From the NCBI GenBank assembly GCA_051294905.1, contig CM119372.1, positions 28,522,001 through 28,586,000 on the forward strand: a stretch of 64,000 nucleotides of DNA. The letters are read 5' to 3'. Shown here piece after piece: positions 28,129 through 41,236 of the stretch. The position numbers were made by a program, and so were the translations under genes. The DNA is from Botryllus schlosseri (taxonomy: Eukaryota). The stretch's first letter is position 1, and every line of letters begins with the position of its first letter. The notes below the pieces were generated by a model. It was given only the letters and a program-made list of their open reading frames with translations. It was not told the DNA's origin and made no database searches.

Positions 28129-29522
28129 GGGGAGACCGGGGACAAATGTAACTAGGGGCAAATGTAACAATCGACCTCACCGCTAGTAGGGTGGATAAAT
28201 CGCCTTGATATTTTGTGTGCGAATGTGGTAGTTATCTCTCCTAACATGTCTGAAGTTACGATGAGATACGACGCGATACTCTGAAATAATTTGAAAAAAA
28301 CTGAATTTTGCACACTTGAGTAAAAATTTTCTGATCTGGAATAATTTGTTCGGACGAATAATACCTAAAGTGGTTACAACGTAATATATGTAGCTGGAAC
28401 AATGTTATCACCGTCTACCGTGATGATGGAAAAACTAGGACTTGCATCGCCGGAAAGGTACCATACTGAGACACTAATCATGGTCGAGCGTGTCAGGGGC
28501 AAACGTAACACTCTGTTATTTTTGCCCCGTTAAAATATCTTTTCAATGCTGAATATCTTTGTTCTTATGTTGGTATAACCATTTATGTACTGCAGATGAA
28601 TCTTGAAACAGCCAGAAGTTCAATACCAGAACAAATAATACCTTGCCATACCAATTCTAACATGATTATCTGTCGGAACGGTCATACAGCAGAGGTGATG
28701 TGAATCTTACGGTTCGGTTATTTCCATGATTCTACCACCCTTTCTCATGTTGATCAACTCTTGGTGTGTCAACCTTCAGTGGTCACTTAAGAACTTGTCC
28801 ATGACAGAATCCTCATCCCCTGACTCTCAGCATGGCCCAATTATATTTTGTCATTTGTTGTGAAGAATTTATTTTAATTTTGTACAGAACAGGAGAATGC
28901 CATTAGCTTTGACTCCACAAAATGTTGTGTCCTCGTTTTGCTACACTATCATCGACCCATTCAACCAAAATATTTTAGCCAGGTCGGTTTCGCACCTTCG
29001 CAGGTGATCCAATGTCCAACCCATTGTGCACGTTGAACAACAGCACCTTGGTAGAAGATGTCTAATCTGTGTAGGGAGATGATGGAATGAATGTGGTTCT
29101 TGTAGACTTTGAGCTCATGAAGAAGGTACGAAGGGTGATATTGTATTCAAATGACAAAATGCTATGGGGCGTAGCCTGGAAGCGTTCAAACTTCTATTTC
29201 TTTAGTTAAATGCAATAATGCAAGTTGTGGTCGCGTTTTCGTTGTTCATTTCGTTTGTTTTTACTTATAAATAACACTATTGTAATTGCCCCGCATGGGT
29301 GGTACAATTGCCCCTGGGTACGGGGCGATTGTAACATTTGAGCGGCGATTTTCGCGACCCAAAATTTCCATGATTGAGTGTTGATTGAGTTCCATTTTAG
29401 TTTTTATATAGACTATCGAGTTGTTGGCTTCTTTATATAAAACTTTGGAAATGAAATTTCCATGAGAACAACACGTCATGTTGGAAAATCCAAAAAGTGT
29501 TACAATTGTCCCCGGTCTCCCC
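28129..29522. mobile_element. Decayed TIR DNA transposon (possibly pogo/Tc1-mariner superfamily)
   Basis: 24-bp TIR GGGGAGACCGGGGACAAATGTAAC / GTTACAATTGTCCCCGGTCTCCCC, with internal repeats of GGGGCAAATGTAAC. No clean TSD, so the superfamily is a guess. Confidence 0.65.
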
Positions 29523-30829
29523 AATATCTTAGTGGCATTATGGTGTATTCCTTATCAAAATTCGGAGCATCAGCAAAATGCTGTCAGTACACATAGAAGA
29601 CACATATGTGTACTTGTGTCACAGGAAGTATCTTGATGTGTTCTACAATAGTAATAACCAAGAACCTATACTGTTACGAAATCATTAAGCTGGTACAGAA
29701 CAGATAGGCCTACGTTACGACTCGGTGTCCCAGTGTGCAGCGGAACGCAGCTACCGCTATCGTGAGCGCGACATGATCGGGGAATTACCTGTTTTAGTCG
29801 TGTCGCAAAGCCAGTGTGCAGCAGCCTTAAAAGAAAAATCTCTTACGTGAGGCGCACGTGATTGCAAATTCTCGTTTCTTCACGGAGCGCAATATCTACA
29901 TTTGCGGACGGCACTTGTACCTCGGTTTCAGACTTCAGCGATAGCAGTATTTGCCTCTGACAATGTTCCCTCTAATTTCTCAGAAATCTGCGTGCCTGCG
30001 CGGTCCCTTGGACAACAGTGCGCAACGACTAAAAAAAAAGTCATCACTTCGGATTTTTTGTGCGCAGCCTAGATTTTCTGTGCGCGGAGACCGTTTCAGC
30101 ACTGCGCATTTGCGCACGTGCGCAGCTCAGACGGAACGTTGGTCTCATACCCTGTGGTTCGAACCGGATGTACGCATCCCGAATTCACATCTGCGATTGG
30201 CAATACGGGGAAATTGATGGTATTGGATTTCGTTTTAGTGCTTTGTGTGACTAAGTAAGTTAATTAAGAATGGGATGCATATATCTGCTCAATTTGAATC
30301 TATAGTACTGTACCCAGTTAATAATTTTACCATGAAGAAATTCCGAACCAAGCAACTCATATTAATAAACGTTAATGTTAGGTTGTGGACCACAACACTT
30401 GAGAGTGTCATCCTTTATGATACGATGAAGAAAATATTTTGACGATTTAATTTTGTAGCTCTCAAATACAAGTATATTTAGTTATTCCTTTCGTGCACAA
30501 AGCTTCAAAGCATATTTTATGTACAAGGGGTTCTCACTCTTAAAAGTGATAAACAGTGTTTCCTTCGATATCGACACGCTGTGCGCTGCAGGATATAATA
30601 CCTATAGCTCAAAACATTTTGTTGAAAATAACCCTAGCAAGCGTGACGGTGGTGTTTTGACGGAAAATTGGCGATCTAAAAGTACGCGCAGTCCATTTTA
30701 TATGAATTAAGTAACCTGCTACATTTAAGAAAACATATGTAGCAAACGTCGCCGCGTAGCGCGACCAAAAATTTCGAGATTTGTCATGTTTTGTGGAATG
30801 TTAATTTGCTCTGATTACTCATTAGGAAT

Positions 30830-32311
30830 TTGATTTCAAGTTGAGAAATTAACAAAATGATTGAATATCATCGGTAAAGACATAGTTCAGCGGTTCTCAA
30901 CCGGGGGTCCGCGGACCCCTGGGGGTCCGCGAAGCATTTTCAGGGGGTCCGCGAAGCCCTAAAATATTTGATAACCTAATTTGTATTTTTTTAATTCTGA
31001 AAATCGCGAAGAAGTTTCGATTCATTACTAGTAAAACTCCAGAGCTCAAATCAACAGAATGGTTGTCTGAGATGAAATATCCTACTGTACAGATCATTTT
31101 AACTGCTAAATTGCCCACTGATAAAAACATTTTGATGTTTAGAGATTTTTGTTGGGGATTGTGGGAAAGAAAAGTTGGATGAGTAAGGTCAATAAAGGCG
31201 ACTTCGAAATGTTTACAACAATCCATTTTCTCCTGTTTGTTTGTTTGTTTTGAGGTATTCATTCATGGTGTTTGTCGACTATTATGGTCATTTACACCAG
31301 GCCGATATTCTTCATTTTTGTTCCGTAACAGCCGACTTATAGCACGGCCCACGTCTAGGCTTCTGAAAGACACCGCCTGCGCGGATTAGGGGTCGAGGAG
31401 GAGCCTAGGTAAACCTCCAACACTGTGATAGATAACGATTTTCCAATAATAATAATTTCAAGATAAGCTGCTATAGATAAAAAAAAATTGTTTGTTCATT
31501 TTGGTGCCATATTTGTTGCGATCATACCCAAATGTGTCGTCGGACGCGTTCCGCGTTATTATTTCATTCGCCACCATCTATATTTGAGGAAATTAATTTT
31601 CGGCACTCGTTCATGTCAAATCGAAAGCGCGGATTTTCAAGACACTTATTTCAAGAAATACAGTTGCAGAATTCGCTTTGAAATAAGAGAAGTCAACCCA
31701 ATTTCTATATGAATAGTACGGTCTTATTTTCAAGAAAAGACTTTTTGTTGATGTTTATCACTAAGGCTATTAGTTATCATTTGCACGCGACAGATGACGA
31801 TTGCACGACAATTGAGCTAAATTTGAACTAAAACTTCGTGGGGGTCCGCGGGGTCCGTGACGGTCCGAAAGGGGTCCGCGAAGACAAAAAGGTTGAGAAC
31901 CACTGACATAGTTGGTATTGATTCTATAGGTGTGAAAATAGCGGTGCGGACTGTGTGAATAATCCGATGCGGCTGAATGTTGGCGTAATATTCAGGTTAC
32001 GTTCGATTCAACAGATCGCGTTAAAAGGATTTCTCAAAGGATTAGAGTGGTACCGAATTGAAACATTCAGATACGAATCAACTTGAGCGGTGTAGTGAGT
32101 TTCATTTCAAGTCGACAAATTAACACATTGATTGAATATTCTCATGATTCTTATCACGCAACTAAAGTCAACCACTGTTCTGAAGTGTCAAAACATATAG
32201 CGACCACCAGAAAGTGTCAAGTTGTTGGTTTTCGAATTATCGTCTGCGACGGTTCTGCGACAAACTAATTACCGAAATATTACCTTGTGAGCGATCGGCA
32301 TGCCTGTAACA
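30830..32311 (+). mobile_element. Old fragment of an element-2-family (Polinton-like) arm, left piece; interrupted by the hAT MITE at 30888-31905
   Basis: Colinear with ~63110-63510 (e.g. CAAAATGATTGAATAT, AATATTCAGGTTACGTTCGATTCAACAGAT). ORF 32083 is similar to ORF 63389. The left boundary is approximate. Confidence 0.75.
30888..31905. mobile_element. hAT-like MITE
   Basis: TIRs CAGCGGTTCTCAACC / GGTTGAGAACCACTG; perfect TSD ACATAGTT (30880-30887, 31906-31913). Confidence 0.9.
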
Positions 32312-32767
32312 CAGGGGCGGGCAACTTCTACGGTCGGCGGGCCTGATTGGGGAAAATGAAGTACTTGGCGAGCCAGAATACAAAATCGATACAATAATCG
32401 CGTAATTATCCACCTATACCAGGGGCGGGCAACTTCTCCAGTCGGCGGGCCGGATATAGGAAAATTGAGTACTTGGCGGGCCGGATCGCTGAATCGATAC
32501 ATTATTCGCCCATTTATCCAAATATACAAGGAATAAATCGTATATAATGAATGTATTTTAACGACAGCCATGTAACTTCAAAGCGATTTCTCGCCAATAA
32601 TGACGAAGACAATGTGGATTTGAGAACAGCATTGTCATACAGGCACCACCATGTCTGCTTATCTCTGACCAATCAACACACGGTGCAATCCTTAATTAAG
32701 ATTTCAAGGCGTTCGATAAGCCCAGTACCCCAAATTTACCGAGACATCAATTCATTAGGGTTTAGTA

Positions 32768-33631
32768 CAGTGGTTCTCAACCTTTTTGTCTTTGCGGACT
32801 CCTTTTGGACCGCCACGGACCCCCGCAAGTTTTCGTTCAAAATTAGATCAATTATCGCGCAACCGTTATCTGTCTCCTGTCTTGTGTCTAGTGATAAACA
32901 TCCACACAATGACTTTTCTTGAAAATAACGTCATACTATATGTAGAAATTGGGTAGACTTTTATTTTCAGCTGTATTTATTGTCTTGAAAATCCGCGTTT
33001 TCGATTAAATATGAGCAAGCGCCGAAAATCCATTTTCGCAAATATATATTGGTGGCGAATATAATAATAACGCGTAACGCTTCCGACGACAGCTTTTGGT
33101 GTGAGTTTTTGCTGTACATATCACGTCCAGTCTGGTAATTTCTATCTTGCATCTCATATTGAAGTTATTTAGTGGTTATATCTCAGGACACAATGGATTT
33201 CGTGATGAGGTTCCAATTCCTTCATTGGGACAGATTGGGAAAAAATTTCAGGAGTTTCTATTTCAAACGACTGTTTACTAATATGCTGAGACTGGCAACT
33301 CCACTAATTTGCTGAGACTGATAACTCCAAATCCAAAATGCCATCTCCAACATTTCATTTTTCCACAAACCCCACCAAAACATCTCTAAACAGCAATATG
33401 TTTGCGTCGGCAGGCTATTGGTAATTTGACAATAAAATGAGTAATCACTGCCGGATATTTGATCTCGGACGAACATTTTAATGATGTGGGTCCTAAAGTT
33501 TGAGCAATTTTGAAACTAAACTGTCTCATGCTTTTCCTATTTAAAAATAAGAATCAGGTTTGCAATCACTTTACAAATTTAGAGGTTTCGCGGACCCCGG
33601 AGGTCCGCGAACCCCCGGTTGAGAACCACTG
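32768..33631. mobile_element. hAT-like MITE, same family as 30888-31905 in opposite orientation
   Basis: TIRs CAGTGGTTCTCAACC / GGTTGAGAACCACTG; TSD GTTTAGTA / GTCTAGTA (7/8). Confidence 0.8.
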
Positions 33632-33787
33632 GTCTAGTATGTGACGAGATAGCGTGGTTGTTCAACTGTGTGGCCTATTTTATCCCGCCCACGGCCTTTA
33701 CGGAATTTGACAGTGGCCCGCGACCCGTTTTGAGTTGGCAACCCCTGGTATAAGCGGTGTGTTACAAAAGCCAGGAAGTGTTCCATG

Positions 33788-36700
33788 AGTAGTTAGAGAA
33801 ATGTGCGGAAGGTGCCCATTCGCGATTTATAAAGAACAAACAAACATTATCAAGATAATAAACAGTGTAAGAATTAGCTCATTCTCAGTTTTGCAGCAAT
33901 ACTCGAGGGGAATTCCCTTCTGACTGTGCGGCAATAGGGGGGACTGAGAGAAAACGAACAAAGAATCTGGATTGACCTTTGTACTGGAGTCATTCTACTT
34001 GTACTTTTCCACTCCTTACCTCGCTTGATCTCTGGACACGAGACTTGTGTATTGAGTATTTATTATATTTTCCCTCGAATAACAATGGATCGGCTTTTAA
34101 TTTCAATGGTATGCACGCCGACGATACGCTCGGCTGGGCAAAGCGACGTCCACAGCCTGTGTCATACTGGACTCGTAACAACCTCGCTCGACCTCTGGTC
34201 AAGGACATGAAATTACAGCTGACTCCGGTCATACGCGACGGGGCTTGGTAATAGTTGCCTGACGACATATCGTCCTGACCTATCGTTTTGTGGTCCAATT
34301 TCGTGACGTGTCTTGGGAATAATTCCCCGTCAAACCCCCTGGCTGACTTGTCGTCCCGTGGTTGACTCGATTTCATGTACGGTGGGGCATGGGAATAATT
34401 GCCGGTGCTGACTTCGGTCGTGTACGACGGGGCTTGACCATAGTTGCCGGCCCTGACCTGTCATTCCGTGGTCCAATTTCGTGGCTCGGGAACAATAGAG
34501 CGTCAAGCTGGTTGACTTGTCGTTCCGCGATTGATTCAATTTCGTGTACGGTGGGTCATAATTACCGGTCGTGACGTCAGTATAGTTTCTTCTGATCCAT
34601 GAGATCCTGGTGCGTGTTTTAGGTGTCCATACGTTCGGCTATGTAAAGTGACGCTTGTGGTCTGTGTCTTGTGTACTGTTGTACTTGAACCCTTTTTTAC
34701 TTTGTTATCGACCCAGACAGTAACGAGAAACGATCTGTTACGATTATAAATATGTATACCATTTCGAGTCATATCGAGAATGAGAATGAATGTCGTAGTA
34801 GAAATGTGTATTAGGCGACCCGACATAGATTAACTTAAATAAATTAGCATTATAAATACAATAAGTAATTGAGCAAATAGCTGATTCTCAATTTTGCTCG
34901 CATCAACATGTTAACCCCTGGTATTACGTACCTAGTAATCGGCGCAAGCAACAAATGTGGCTGTTCCATACCTATACCTCGTTCTAGCGTATTCATAAGG
35001 ACAGACAGTCCCGAGTAAAACAATGTATTTATGATGGGTTCTTTTTACTCCTTCACGGTTGGTCAAGCGTAATCATCCCGGTGTCTGCAAATGATATTCA
35101 ATTTACCACGGGATATTAATTTTGTATGCTGTACATGATATACAACTTGAATCGAACTGTTGGCGAACTAATGCTTTGCCCGTCTGTAACATACACATAT
35201 CGATCACGAGCTCACCACGCACTTGCAGTTCGAGGGCGACTCATTTCGCTGCAGACAATCAGTTGTGTTCGCGTGTATCGTAACATATCCTCAACACTTG
35301 TTATGGCAACACCTCCACGCATATTTACAATATCATACTAAGGAACTATTGCTTCGGCAGCCACGCCCTATCGCTCGAAGTCGACAAATTTCGCTACAGA
35401 CAGTCAGTTGTGTTCACGTATGTGTCGTAAATATATCCTCAACACATGCTATGCCAATACCTCCAAGCATATTTGCATCATACTTAGGGTTCTGGTTTAA
35501 ATCAGGCTGATTTAAATCATCACGTGTCGACAATCGATCGAAGCCCGTCAACTGGTATTTTGAAAGCTCCCGGTATGGTGTATTATTGTGTATGGATTGT
35601 TGCGGTATTAGAATTGTGGTTACGGCTCGTTGGCGGTGCGAGGATCAGGTTTATAGTATACTATAACTACTTAGCTCGGATATTATACGACGCGCTGCTA
35701 TCGGTGCTTTGTCCAAGACCTAATTCACGATAATCAATCTCGCTGTCGAAAATGACATGCGGCCGCGTAGACTGCATAGCGCCATTTTGTTTTGTGATCC
35801 ATCCTGCTGTGCCGAGGATCGAAACATATCCTCAACACATGTTATGCCAACACCTCCAAGCATATTTGCAGCATCATACTACGGATATATTGACTCGGCA
35901 GAGTGTTACCGTCAGAGAATTGCTGTGTCACGCCTTCGGGCCTTGTATTTTCCGCTCGGTAACTGCGAGTACGATGTTATTTCAATTGTCCGCGAAACGA
36001 ATCGGGGTAGCTCGCTTCATCGGGGTGGACTGACCTTATTTGGCTGAAACGCGCTCGGTGGTGCAATAATGGGAATGAATTGTGACAGATCATACCTGAT
36101 ACGATCTATAGCCTGAGGTGAGGTGTAAAGTAGAGGGGGAGATTTCGAAATCGGAATCCACTGCGACTATAGGGTTGCTAAATCAAAGTCCAAAAAATCC
36201 GGCTGGCTCGTAAAGTCCTGTTATTTCCATATGTTGTGAGGGTAAAATATAGCATAAATCCGACTCTCAGGGCCATTTGGCCGCATCCAGACTGGCTTCG
36301 CTGAAAACTGATGAAATCTGCCCCGGGTCCGGAGATGTTTCGTGACCTCCTCCGTCCAGACAAGATTGTTCTGCTGTAATATAGGTGTCGTTGTATAATA
36401 ATTTACGTACAAGGAGACTTGGTATCGACCCTTTGGCGGAATTCTGTTTGGTTCGTCTGTACAGGTGTTATTAGTGCGACCAGATTTGGCACCTCGAGAA
36501 GGATATTGGTAAAAACCGTATCACACAACGAGGACAATAACTTTACCGGTCAACAATGTACGTAAATCAGCTGTGTTCAATCGAGCGTGACACAATCGAT
36601 GTCAGCCATCAATCTGCGGCTTGATAAAACCCGCGTTTTCGGGTTGACAGCAACACAATGCGATCCATTCGATATCACTATCGACCCTCCTATTTTAATA

Positions 36701-39700
36701 TAGGGTTACCATGAGGCCTCCTTTAGGGGAGCATATGTCCTCCATTTCCCAGATATGTCACCCAATTCACCCAAATGTACTCTCTTTCTGTCAGTTTGTC
36801 CTCCTTGTTAGCTCAACATCTCCAAAAAAGCACCACGAGTAACGCAAAATGTGGGCCTAGATTACAAAAGTCGGGTACGTGGCCAAATCGGAAAAATGAC
36901 GCTATGATGGTATTGTGCAGGCTATTACGTGGATACGGGGGCCTGTGTAAACATGTGAATAGTAAAAGCGCTCCAAACTACCGTGAAAAAAGATCGAGCG
37001 CATTAGACCATGTCGGGGCCACCTTAGTACAGTCAAATGATCCCATGTCGTATCGAGAATAGCCGGGGCGGTGGTGGTACATCATTCTCACAAGATGTAC
37101 TTTGGAATGCGTGTGAAATCGTCTTCGTCCGCTACTCGACTAAAGCAGAATATAGCTTTGAAGTACTCAAGTAGCTTTAAAAGAAATGTCGTGAAATCGC
37201 TTTCTATCCTAATGATAAAGAGTAGGCCCCCCATAAATCTATCGAGCCAAAATGTAGTTTCAAAGCAATCCAGTAATTTGTAAATCTTACGGGTTGAACG
37301 GTGTGTTCATTGACTAGAGAGAAGGAGACACGACGGTGCCTGTATAACAAGGCTGTTCTCAAACCGACATTGTCTTCGTTATTATCGGCGAGATATGGCT
37401 TTGCAGTGACATTGCGGTCGGTAAAATACATTGATTAAATACGATTTATCCCTCGTATATGGGGATCAATGGGCGAATAATGTATCGATTCAGCAATTCG
37501 GCATGCCAAGTACTTAATTTTCTCCGGCCCGCCGACCGAAGGAGTTGCCCGCCCCCCTTGTATAACACATATGTAGATGATACAATAGCGACAGCTAGCG
37601 GTTGTCAATCATCCATAAAAATACTAACCAGTAATACAGCCCTCAAGGAAAACAACAATCCGGGGAGATACGTCAAGTGTATTTCAGATACATCGTCTGT
37701 AGACCTCCAATTGCGGAGAACACTGGAGCAGCTGAAGCACTGTGTTCTGTCTAGGTCACCGAGATAAAGCTTGTTTTGCCAACTCGCCGACCGTCCGTGG
37801 TATGGGATAGCTGGGTCATTTCTCAAAGGTTCAGTACTCTCCGTATTTTGAGGTTATTGCACAATCTATCTCTAATATGCTGTAATATAGACAGGTCCAG
37901 ACTTGTCTATTCACTTCCGTAGACTGACCTTTATAACACATTTTACACAATTAAATACACATGTTCAGTTTATTTGAAGTAATAACGGGCAAGCACATTA
38001 ACTAATCGTCCAGAACAAGGTGTAGAGCTTCTTTCAGATCTTGGCATACTTTCTTGATATCAGAATCTTTTTTTTGATTTGCGATGTAAAAGCAATACCA
38101 GCTTCGCATACATGAGCATATGATTGCGTATAAACCGATATTGAAGTCTTCTGAGAGCATCTTCATTATTCTCCAGTCTACACAATATTATTTTCCTCTT
38201 AGTACGTTATGTCTCTCAATCCAACAGTACAGTTGAATTGCTATTCGAAGGTATCTGATACAGACAACTGTAAACTAATTCTTTAAGTTTGTTCATCGTA
38301 GCGTAACGACCATTTTTACGAATCCATAACTGTATCATTTGATATCGTTGCTCAGTTAAGGTATAGCAATCCATGTATTGGCATTCGGCAATTTCATTGT
38401 CAGATAGCTCAAGTTTTTCACGTGCAAACCTATACCAGTTCATCGGGTCAATCCGATCCATTATGACGTATATATCACTAGCAGTAATCTTGGACATATT
38501 CGATCTATAGTGTACAGCGAATAATCATGTAATAAATATTACACGTTATATATTGCCTTGCACTCGGTTCAACTACAATAACAAATAAGGCGATCAACTT
38601 ACGCAATAATGACGTAATCATATCTCAGCGTTACTGAAACCAAGCAAAGCCGCTCTCGTAATAACTAGAGTAATCAACTATACGCAATCATAATGACGTA
38701 ATCATTACTGCACATGCTTGAACTGCAATACGCAATCATAATGAAGAATATATACGTATATATCAATTTCTGCAACTTTTTAATTTTGCTCGCACTGTAC
38801 ACGATTTCATGTATATAAATGTTTTGATTATTAGGCACCCTTCCTTCACAAAAATACGCATCATTTATGAGAGTAGGGATCTAAGCGTTGGCCATTACCA
38901 CGCCAAGAGGTAAGAAGACATATGAAGTTTGGGCCAACATGGGCCTCATAGAAGAGTGCCAAAAAGATCGTCAGCGAGAAAACATGGGTCGAAAAGGATT
39001 GCCCTTATGTTGACCGTAAACTTCGATATAAATGTATTTGTATGGGTGTCTAAAGTGCTGGCACCGAATAATTATGTCGTGGTAATCTGGACCCCACAGG
39101 GCAACTGACATCCCACCCCGAATTATTATTTAACAGTGAAGAAATACCAATTTTGAATCGTGCGCTTCTTTTAGTTTAGTAGTCTGTGTATAGGCGAGTT
39201 CAATATCTTTTGATTACATACCGCACATGGGAAGTCGGACTGAGAGGATACAAAATTTATAGCAATATACACGCAATTATCAATATTATTGACCTAATCA
39301 ATCATTAATTATACAGTCATTTCACCAGGTCCACGTGGTCGCATCTGAATGGAGACCGGATAGGTCAAAAGTGCTACATTCGGTCAAAGTGGCGAACATA
39401 CCGCCTGGTTATCAAGTGTTTTTATGTATGATCGACCCCCACTGTCTAGCGAGACGAGCAGGATTTTGGTGTCTGATTATTAATGTCGTAAGAGTGTGGT
39501 AAATCCATTTACAAACTACTTTACACATTTCAAAATCCCAACACCCGAAAAGTAAGTAGCTAAAACGGTTGAAGCGGAGGTAGTCTGAAACACAACGACT
39601 CATATAGCACAGATGGACAAATCCTAATCGAGTACATCGGATAGAGTTGCATCCTTGAAATCGTTATTTCCTCAACAAATCGATACAAGAATGGATCTGC

Positions 39701-40087
39701 ATGGGAATAAACATGAATATGTTCTGATGACACTCGTTATGGAAAGCTAAATTCGCCTGCCCCACATCCCCAACAGAACATATTGACAATTAATATCAGC
39801 CATATACTACAGAAATACCCATTTACTCGAATGGTACCATGTCTGAAATACTGTAGTGTAGGCGAATCAGCGTCTACTGATCCTGACAGTCACCGTTTAA
39901 ACAGGTTTTTGCCGGGTCAACTGTGATCGGACACGGTTCATCCGCTACTTGCAGACTTATACGCGCGGGGGGTTGAAAAAAAAAATGGCTCGGATGCTAT
40001 GTCAGCTCAGGGCGACAATTCGAAGTTTTAAACGATACGGTTGGTACGTAAAGCCTCGTTATTCCCGCGTATTGTGAGGGTAAAACC
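33788..40087 (+). repeat. Element 1 left arm (6300 bp)
   Basis: Reverse complement of 42213-48512. Mirrored coordinates sum to 82300/82301, and mirrored ORFs differ at only a few residues. Confidence 0.97.
38216..38497 (-). CDS. Intronless death-domain-only protein (93 aa), left-arm copy
   Basis: Death-domain pattern: I..RI...W..FAR.KL.LSD.EI.......LTEQ.YQMIQLW..KNG..AT...L.E. Protein identical to the copy at 43804-44085. Confidence 0.8.
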   Translation of the reverse strand: MSKITASDIYVIMDRIDPMNWYRFAREKLELSDNEIAECQYMDCYTLTEQRYQMIQLWIRKNGRYATMNKLKELVYSCLYQIPSNSNSTVLLD

Positions 40088-40729
40088 GATGCTAAAATAA
40101 GTCGTTGGAAGGGTATACCGAAAGCCTCTTTGCACTGCGGGTGAACTTATCGCATAGCATTTCACAGCTCTGCGGCGTAATTTAACTGTCTAGCGCTGTG
40201 GACGGTCCATTTTGTCTGCTAATTGGGGGCCATAAACGACCGAGTGAAACAAATAGTTTGGGGTATATGCGGATATGATTAGGAAACAACACGCTGAATG
40301 ACTTGGGAATCTCAACTCGACAAAGGATCGTCGCGACGGGGGACCTGCAAAAACGTCCCAGACACCCTGAATCCCGCTAATGTAGGCGCTGACAGAGCAT
40401 AATTTTCCCTGCTACGGGTGTAATCTAGATAAAGCATGATTTTTTCCTATATGTCTGTAATCTATATAAAGCATAGTGCTCCCTAGATACCAGGCGTGGG
40501 GGATCACGAATCACCAAGTGTTTTTATACATTGAGAAATGATCGAGCTATTTTTATACCCGAGGTAGTCATTCAGAGACATGCAGGCTTATTCGTATAGA
40601 CTCTCTATAGTGTAGCATCTATCTGATTCGGGGATAAGTAAATGCTTTGTCCACGCTCAAACTGAGGATGCTTTGAATTTGTATCTTACTCATGTTATTA
40701 TTCACCCTCCAGGAAATATTTATAGTACG

Positions 40730-41236
40730 ATGGAGTCTAATAAATGCCGTATTTGTGCGCGGGAATTCACAAGAAAATGCAACCTCAAAAGTCATTTACT
40801 ATGGCACACTGGTGTTAAAGAACATGAATGCTTGATATGCGGACGATGGTTTCTTGCCAAACAGAACCTACATGCCCATTTGGCTGTACACTCGGGGGTG
40901 AAACCGTACGATTGTGAAGTATGTGGTCGTTTTTTTGCCCGAAAATACACCATGGAAGTCCATTTGGCCACACATACTGGCGTAGAAAGATTCGAGTGTG
41001 GGGTGTGTGGTAAGCTTCTGTCGGGGAAGAATGGGCTGAAAAAACACCTAGAAACACACTTTGGAATTGGAAAATACTCGTGTCAGGTGTGTGGGAGACT
41101 GTTTCCTCACCAATGCGGGTTAGAAACTCACCTCCAGGCTCCCGTGGGACTGAGAAAATATCCATGCGGTGTTTGCGGTAAAGCTTTTGGTTCGCAAGCA
41201 AATCTTCACAGACACGAGACTACTCCCTTTGTGTGA
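40730..41236 (+). CDS. Tandem C2H2 zinc-finger protein (168 aa from ATG 40730); four canonical fingers plus two lacking the last His
   Basis: Repeats of CxxCx3Fx5Lx2Hx3H with TGVKEHE / SGVKPYD / TGVERFE linkers. AATAAA at ~41265. Possible acceptor CCCTCCAG just upstream. Confidence 0.9.
   Translation: MESNKCRICAREFTRKCNLKSHLLWHTGVKEHECLICGRWFLAKQNLHAHLAVHSGVKPYDCEVCGRFFARKYTMEVHLATHTGVERFECGVCGKLLSGKNGLKKHLETHFGIGKYSCQVCGRLFPHQCGLETHLQAPVGLRKYPCGVCGKAFGSQANLHRHETTPFV

Noticed and set aside
33979..37826. Numerous 60-128-aa ORFs duplicated in both arms of element 1
   Set aside because: Identity between copies simply reflects the palindrome; no family motifs recognised (no pPolB, integrase, ATPase, protease or capsid).
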